From: a virus
Lineage: Duplodnaviria; Caudoviricetes
DNA length: 64,000 bases
Direction: 5' to 3' (one strand)
IMG/VR virus record: IMGVR_UViG_2061766007_000586
Coordinates: 96,001 to 160,000 of that record
Shown here: positions 58,577 through 64,000 of the stretch, one piece after another
How positions within the stretch are numbered: the first letter of the stretch is position 1
Layout: each line of letters starts with the position of its first letter
The notes under the pieces: model-generated
What the model saw: the letters and a program-made list of their open reading frames with translations, nothing else
What the model was told of the DNA's origin: nothing
Databases searched by the model: none
Made by a program: the position numbers and the translations under genes

Positions 58577-59074
58577 TCACCGCTTCGCGATGATGATGCC
58601 GCCGACAGCAAGACCGGCGACAACGATCACACCAGCAGTGATTCCGATCGCCTTGATATGGCGGCGGAAGAATCCGGGCTTCTTCTCTTCGCCCGGCGCA
58701 GGAGCGGCCTGGTTCGCAGTCGTGGGAGCTTCAGCACTCTTGGTGTTTTCGATGGCGGGATTGGCGGTTTCGTTGGTGGTGGTTTCTTTGTTCTCAGTCA
58801 TGTTCTGGGTCTCCTTGAAGGATTCGGGGTTGATGGGAATGTGAATGGTAGTTCCGGTAGCTTCAACAACCGGACCGACGTTGATGGTGATTTCTCCGAC
58901 CTCAGGAACGGGATCGGAAGGTTTCTTTTCCTCTTCGACGACAGGCTGCGGCGGAAGCACAGTGGCCGTTCCACCAGGAAGCTCATTCAGGTTCTGATCA
59001 ACCTGAGTGGTCTTGCTGTCAACGATCGGGGTTTCGTTCTTTTCGACGCTTTTGTTTTTGACTTTCTTACCCAT
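58577..59074 (-). CDS. GC-rich C-terminally anchored membrane protein, with a possible nested 74-aa isoform starting at 58801
   Basis: RBS aaggag upstream of ATG 59074; second aaggag-N9-ATG at 58801; C-terminal AIGITAGVIVVAGLAVGGIIIAKR; early-type promoter at 59115-59126. Confidence 0.8.
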   Translation of the reverse strand: MGKKVKNKSVEKNETPIVDSKTTQVDQNLNELPGGTATVLPPQPVVEEEKKPSDPVPEVGEITINVGPVVEATGTTIHIPINPESFKETQNMTENKETTTNETANPAIENTKSAEAPTTANQAAPAPGEEKKPGFFRRHIKAIGITAGVIVVAGLAVGGIIIAKR

Positions 59075-59169
59075 TTTCAATTCTCCTTATAAAGGGTTTG
59101 TGGTTTTATCACTATAGCCATATATACTTGAAAATTTTTCAATAACAGCAAATATGAAAGAATATTATC

Positions 59170-60036
59170 ATGGATGATAGTATTAATGAAATGCTAGATT
59201 TATTTTCTTCATTTGAAGAAGACGATTCGTGGAATACAGTATTAAATCTAGCTGCTTCAATTTACACCAGTAAAGATCCTGAAGCCGTGGTAACTGCTTT
59301 TGACCGTGATAAAGATTTTCATGATAACTTTAATTCAAATGGGCGTCCTGCTCTTGAGAATTTAATTGCTTATTTGGAATCTTCTAATGAAGGTCTTTGG
59401 CAAGACTTCTTATCACATGGACCTTTAGGATTATTAAAAGGTGCATTCTACGAATCACTTATTATTGTCCACAAATATTGTAAAAAATATTCCACCAAAG
59501 GTTTTAATAAACCGGTTGGAGACAATCACTCTATTTATTTACCACATCATAGTGTTTTTGAATCTAGTATGAAAAAGCTCGACATGATTTATGATGCATG
59601 TAAGAACTTTCTCGAAGATGGAGATGCATCTATTCGTAATATCAAACAAGTGTTGATTATGAGTGGAGTATCTGTAAAAGATAGTGGTAAGATTAGTGAT
59701 CTTGTTAATACTGACTGGGCTTCTGTTAGACACTATTTAATTGGCCGTAGATTTGGTATGGAAAATAGTAGTGCTAACGAAGGTCCTATTAGTAACCGTG
59801 GTTGGGATACTGAGAAGCTTATCGATGCTGCTCGTACTATTTGTGTACAAATTCAAAAATTAAAAGAACTTAAGAAAACTCCAGCAAAAGAAATGTTAAA
59901 GAAGTTAGAGTTAGAAGATAGAGATTTCAAAAACAAACTTCGTTTCTATTCTAATGCTTTACGAGTTTATGTTTCTACGATCAAAATACTTGGTCGTGGC
60001 GTCGTTTGTGGATTTAGTGCCACAAGAACTTACTAA
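59170..60036 (+). CDS. Internal head protein paralog, family C (288 aa)
   Basis: SKDPEAVVTAFDRDKDFH, YLESSNE site, PISNRGW. Confidence 0.8.
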   Translation: MDDSINEMLDLFSSFEEDDSWNTVLNLAASIYTSKDPEAVVTAFDRDKDFHDNFNSNGRPALENLIAYLESSNEGLWQDFLSHGPLGLLKGAFYESLIIVHKYCKKYSTKGFNKPVGDNHSIYLPHHSVFESSMKKLDMIYDACKNFLEDGDASIRNIKQVLIMSGVSVKDSGKISDLVNTDWASVRHYLIGRRFGMENSSANEGPISNRGWDTEKLIDAARTICVQIQKLKELKKTPAKEMLKKLELEDRDFKNKLRFYSNALRVYVSTIKILGRGVVCGFSATRTY

Positions 60037-60060
60037 CAATTTATATAAAGGTAATTTATT

Positions 60061-61125
60061 ATGCCTCTTGATTTAGGACTTGAAAACCTTAAGACTTCTA
60101 CAGAAACCACAGAAATCCCTGCAACAACTGTAGAAGAGATTATCGATATGATTGAAGCTTGTGAACAGTTTGAATCTGAATTAGATGAAATTGGAGTATT
60201 CAATCGTGTATTCGGCATTGGCCAAGCTATCGCTAACAGCAAGAATCCTCAGGCTGTTATCGATGCATTTGATCGTGACAAAGCTTTCCACAAAGCATTT
60301 AACAATGGTGGAGATTGCTTACAAAATATTGCAAATTATCTCCAGGCTTCTGTTGAAACCTATTGGGGAGATGCTGTTCGTCACAACCAGGCTGATGACA
60401 AAACTGCAGCTTTTACCAATAAGAGTGCTGTACAGAAAGTTAAAGAAATGTGCAGTCGCTACAATGCTTCTAATATTGATGCTACAGTACTGGAACATCG
60501 TGCTGTTACTTTACCTCCTGCCAAGTTATTTGATGCACAAGTTAAATATTTACGCATGATGGGTAAAGCAGTATCAGTATGGAAGAAGAATCCGAATATC
60601 ACAGAAGCACAGGCGAAACAGATTTACCATAAACTTGGTTTTGAAGAAGCTCAAGCTAATTCTGACCGAACTGGCGAAATGTCCGCAAAAGATATGCTGA
60701 AAGCATTAGGATTTACACTGGGATTAACAGTAGTTGGTCATGCAATGAATACTGCTGCATGGGCCGCTTCTACAGTTGGTAATCCGAAACCGCCTAAGGC
60801 TTTAGCAACATATGTTGGTTTTCTACCAGCAGTTGTTGCGGTGATGAGACAACTTGGCGGAATGGCTGGTATTGCTTTGTCACAGCGTAGAGATCCTATT
60901 GGTAAACGTGGCTGGACGACTAAGAATCTTGGTTCGGCATGTGCAACGATAGTTGCACTTCTTAATGAAGCAGCTACTGCTACCACAGAACCATTACCGA
61001 AGAAAGATAAATCCAAATACGATATTAAAGCTTATCGCATTATGAGAGAGCTTGATATCGCTTATATGAAGGGTGTTCTTACACTCGGTCGTGCTTTAAT
61101 CACAGCAATTGGTGTTGTGAAATAA
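60061..61125 (+). CDS. Internal head protein paralog, family C (354 aa)
   Basis: MPLDLGLE, SKNPQAVIDAFDRDKAFH, YLQASVE site, PIGKRGW, hydrophobic insert. Confidence 0.82.
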   Translation: MPLDLGLENLKTSTETTEIPATTVEEIIDMIEACEQFESELDEIGVFNRVFGIGQAIANSKNPQAVIDAFDRDKAFHKAFNNGGDCLQNIANYLQASVETYWGDAVRHNQADDKTAAFTNKSAVQKVKEMCSRYNASNIDATVLEHRAVTLPPAKLFDAQVKYLRMMGKAVSVWKKNPNITEAQAKQIYHKLGFEEAQANSDRTGEMSAKDMLKALGFTLGLTVVGHAMNTAAWAASTVGNPKPPKALATYVGFLPAVVAVMRQLGGMAGIALSQRRDPIGKRGWTTKNLGSACATIVALLNEAATATTEPLPKKDKSKYDIKAYRIMRELDIAYMKGVLTLGRALITAIGVVK

Positions 61126-61148
61126 CACTACATTTAATTCAGTTATTG

Positions 61149-61179
61149 AACTAAGGGTAGGTTAATCCTACCCTTAGTT
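61149..61179 (+). terminator. Intrinsic terminator
   Basis: Stem aactaagggtagg/cctacccttagtt. Confidence 0.85.
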
Positions 61180-61233
61180 TATCATATCAACTTGTTATTT
61201 TATGAAACCTTAATAAATATAAGGGTATTGTTT

Positions 61234-61356
61234 ATGCAAGAAAATACTTCAACTAAAGATTCTGAAACTACTTCGGAATCTGAACAACCGACTGTCTGTT
61301 CCCTTGAAGAAATGGAATTTATGACATATCTTAAATTACAATGTATGCAACCGTAA
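61234..61356 (+). CDS. Small 40-aa ORF with an S-L-E site (not in the ORF track)
   Basis: MQENTSTKDSETTSESEQPTVCSLEEMEFMTYLKLQCMQP; RBS aaggg; TATTTTATG motif upstream. Confidence 0.55.
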   Translation: MQENTSTKDSETTSESEQPTVCSLEEMEFMTYLKLQCMQP

Positions 61357-61373
61357 TATAAGGATTTCTATAC

Positions 61374-61895
61374 ATGAGTATTTATTCTAAAGAAAATTTC
61401 GCTGGTAATGCAGCATCTACAGCAAACAGTAATTTTGATGTTTCTGATAGCATCTCTTCTTCTGTTGCTATGTCTTTAATTGAAGGTTATATCGCATTTC
61501 AAGCAAGTAATGGTTCATTAAAGAGTGTTACACAGACATTAGATTTTGTTAGTAACTTTACAAAAGATATGATTGATAATGGTGATCTTACACTTGCTCA
61601 GTGTGAGCATATCAAGAATTGGGTAAAAGGTCACTCTGCTATGTTTACTGATCGTGAACCGAATTTCAAGAACAAATTAGTATTGAAGGTTCTTGACAAT
61701 TGTAATATCACTTGTTCTTCTGAAGAGGATTCTACTGCTCTTAAGAATTACTTAAATCGTAAAGCTGAATTTGATCGTCTTACCTGTGAGACAATGAATG
61801 CATTAGGACCTTCAATTAAAAATGCTATTTCTCAGTTTACACAGCGTTATGGAAAATCAATGGATGATAGTTACTTAAAACAATGGGAGAGTTAA
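61374..61895 (+). CDS. Putative head protein (173 aa)
   Basis: YSKE and CSSEE candidate cleavage sites; lies in the head array; RBS aagga. Confidence 0.75.
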   Translation: MSIYSKENFAGNAASTANSNFDVSDSISSSVAMSLIEGYIAFQASNGSLKSVTQTLDFVSNFTKDMIDNGDLTLAQCEHIKNWVKGHSAMFTDREPNFKNKLVLKVLDNCNITCSSEEDSTALKNYLNRKAEFDRLTCETMNALGPSIKNAISQFTQRYGKSMDDSYLKQWES

Positions 61896-61896
61896 T

Positions 61897-62577
61897 ATGG
61901 GTCTTTCCTTAGGTTTTAAATTAGAACAGCCTGAAAATATGATTTCTAATAATGTATATATCAAGGCTGTGCTTGATTTATCAGAAGCAGCAAATTATGT
62001 TGAAGAATACGCAAGATATAAAACACTCGAAAATCAATGTGAGATAGCTGAATCACAAGAATGTATTGAATTTGCAAAGGAGATACTTTCTAGTATGGAA
62101 GCAGAAGGACAGAAATTTTCTAGTGGACAATTTGATAGAACTGTAAAAAAAGCTGCTGATTCGGCTAAAGTCGTTTTAAATGGATTAAAGCAAAAAATCA
62201 AAAACGCTATCGCAAATATGCCACAGGAAAAGAAAGCACGATTGAGAATTAAAGTTCCTGCTACATTTGCAAGAATCAGTCATAATAAAAGCTGGCATGG
62301 TATTACAGCTTTATTGAAACGAAAAATTGCTCCGAACTTAACAGAAGTCAGTACTGTATCAGACATAAATACTGCCGTTGATGAAGTATGCAAAAGAATG
62401 GAAATAGCATTAGACAGTATCAATGGTACTTATAGTACTGGTTATCGTGTCGATGGTGTAATTCGTGCAGGATATATGCATGATCCTGCATCTAGTAGTC
62501 AAGAATTTCACGAAATTCTCGGAAACTTTAATCATTTCTGTTCAGAACTAAAAGTTATTTTAGCTCAAGTCTCCTAA
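61897..62577 (+). CDS. Internal head protein paralog, family B (226 aa)
   Basis: MGLSLG, ESQECIEFAKEILSSMEAEGQKF. Confidence 0.8.
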   Translation: MGLSLGFKLEQPENMISNNVYIKAVLDLSEAANYVEEYARYKTLENQCEIAESQECIEFAKEILSSMEAEGQKFSSGQFDRTVKKAADSAKVVLNGLKQKIKNAIANMPQEKKARLRIKVPATFARISHNKSWHGITALLKRKIAPNLTEVSTVSDINTAVDEVCKRMEIALDSINGTYSTGYRVDGVIRAGYMHDPASSSQEFHEILGNFNHFCSELKVILAQVS

Positions 62578-62636
62578 TAAATAAGTCATGATATACTAAT
62601 TACCTATAATCTTAACAAATTCAACATGAGGTTATT

Positions 62637-63269
62637 ATGATGAACTTTGGTACTATTAATCAGAAAACTGAAGATCCTGTATTCGCCCTTCTCAATGAAG
62701 TTTTCACAGATGATCTTCTTATCGCCATGCAGGATACTCAGATTCAATATATGAATATTGATCATGGTTATCAAGATGCTTACAATGCACTCGAGATCGC
62801 ACGTATGGCAAAGGCAACTGCTTCTCAGGAATGCATGACATTCGCAAGAGAACTGGTTGGAACACATGTGAGATCAGTTGATATCACTTCTTCACTTGAG
62901 GCACTTGATGCAGAATCTAAGGGTGCTGGTGAAAAGTTTGGTGCACAGATGGATGCTCTCATGGCTCAGTGTGATCGTGCTCTTGCTGAGATCAAAAAGA
63001 GACAGATTGATGTAACAGCAAAGCCGTACGTTTGGGCATTTGTAGCTGATGCAAACTTTAATGACCTTGCTGGACTTTCTAAGGCTGTTCTTGGAAATGG
63101 CACTAAGAGAGTCCAACTTCCTATGGTTCAGATGCTGCAGAAAATTAAAGCATTTGCTGGAAAAGCAAAAGCAATTATCGGTACTTCAAAAGGACCGGAA
63201 GTAGCTAAAGTTGCAGCTGCAATCTTAGCAAAAGTTAATAAGAAACTTGTCTTAGGCATTTCGAAGTAA
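62637..63269 (+). CDS. Internal head protein paralog, family B (210 aa)
   Basis: MMNFG, ASQECMTFARELV, SSLEA...GEKF; late motif CATGATATAC at 62587. Confidence 0.8.
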   Translation: MMNFGTINQKTEDPVFALLNEVFTDDLLIAMQDTQIQYMNIDHGYQDAYNALEIARMAKATASQECMTFARELVGTHVRSVDITSSLEALDAESKGAGEKFGAQMDALMAQCDRALAEIKKRQIDVTAKPYVWAFVADANFNDLAGLSKAVLGNGTKRVQLPMVQMLQKIKAFAGKAKAIIGTSKGPEVAKVAAAILAKVNKKLVLGISK

Positions 63270-63275
63270 CATTAT

Positions 63276-63302
63276 ACCACAGGTGGCATTGCCACCTGTG
63301 GT
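63276..63302 (+). terminator. Intrinsic terminator
   Basis: Stem accacaggtggca/tgccacctgtggt plus U-tract. Confidence 0.9.
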
Positions 63303-63353
63303 TTTAATTATTTTTTGTTCGTCATTTCTATACATAAATATAGGAGAGGTAAT

Positions 63354-64000
63354 ATGGACGATCTTACAGCTAAAGAGTTTATGACAATTTCAAAAGCAAT
63401 TTTCTATCAGTTATTTAATAGAAAATTAAGCTTTGTTGTTTTCTCAGGAGATGAATCAAAATCAAATGAATGGTTGTTTACTAATGTAGGTTATGAAACA
63501 ATCTTAATGTATGATTCTAATCCTGATTATTTTTATTCATATGTCATAATCAAGAACAAAGCATATCTAGATAAGTTCTATGAATATTTTCCAGTATTAA
63601 AATCAACTGCATGTTTAATACGTGTTGTTGATATGTTGTCCACTTTATCAAAGTTAGATGATATTAGTAAATGTTCTGTTCAAAGACGACATAATGAGAT
63701 TGTAATGGTATATACCGATAATGATGAAGAAGTAATAAAACCAATTGGTGTTCATTTAATGGACATTGATGTTGATATGTATCAGACATTATGGAGATCA
63801 GGTTTAATAACTTCTGAACATTCTTATTCTAAAGAATATACCTATATGGAAATTGCAGAAGTAGATGGACGGACTATTTTACATGTTTCTGATTCGGATG
63901 GATCAGATGAGCATCTTCCTAGAAGAGCAACTGTTGTAGTTCAATATGGGTTTATGCTTCCTAGTTTATCTATGTTCTTAAAGAATATGTCAGATCAAAA
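63354..64000 (+). CDS. Hypothetical protein, truncated by the window end
   Basis: RBS ggagagg, ATG (MDDLTAKEF...), open to the end of the window. Confidence 0.75.
   Translation, partial: MDDLTAKEFMTISKAIFYQLFNRKLSFVVFSGDESKSNEWLFTNVGYETILMYDSNPDYFYSYVIIKNKAYLDKFYEYFPVLKSTACLIRVVDMLSTLSKLDDISKCSVQRRHNEIVMVYTDNDEEVIKPIGVHLMDIDVDMYQTLWRSGLITSEHSYSKEYTYMEIAEVDGRTILHVSDSDGSDEHLPRRATVVVQYGFMLPSLSMFLKNMSDQ

Noticed and set aside
58452-59092. Plus-strand ORFs 58452..58844 and 58658..59092
   Set aside because: Antisense shadows of the GC-rich gene; the RBS, promoter and terminator all support the minus strand.
1-64000. Stop-codon reassignment or a host (cellular) chromosome origin
   Set aside because: Very long intact ORFs occur in the standard code; the split RNAP and DNA polymerase and the S-x-E head proteins indicate a jumbo phage despite gyrB, rnhA and adhesin-like genes.

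Overview
AT-rich segment of a phiKZ-like jumbo phage genome (probably Chimalliviridae, the nucleus-forming type). 1-30.7 kb (minus strand) is a late module: two smaller fibre proteins, a 4165-aa Ser/Thr/Ala coiled-coil fibre, a 3464-aa Ig plus AIDA-repeat adhesin-like protein, and two phiKZ-type virion proteins. 30.8-40.5 kb is an accessory region with an 81-nt tmRNA tRNA-like domain that has no mRNA-like domain, two large structured non-coding tracts (about 300 and 600 nt), four genes with degenerate AIDA beta-helix repeats behind early-type promoters, and two DUF4422 glycosyltransferase-like genes. 40.6-53.9 kb is the core: GyrB-type topoisomerase II subunit, RNA polymerase beta-prime C-terminal subunit, RNase HI, a third structured RNA and the C-terminal half of a split family-B DNA polymerase. 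54-64 kb is an array of paralogous internal-head proteins with S-x-E protease sites, interrupted by one GC-rich membrane-anchored gene. Early (TATATATTACTA) and late (CAT-NN-TATG) promoter motifs and many palindromic terminators can be read directly. The most unusual signal is the non-coding RNA set: a tag-less mini-tmRNA fused behind an unknown 300-nt RNA, a 600-nt ornate RNA, a 200-nt RNA, and two 3-prime UTRs that share a terminator and carry anti-RBS/ATG sequences. All family assignments come from motif recognition by eye; no database search or folding program was run.
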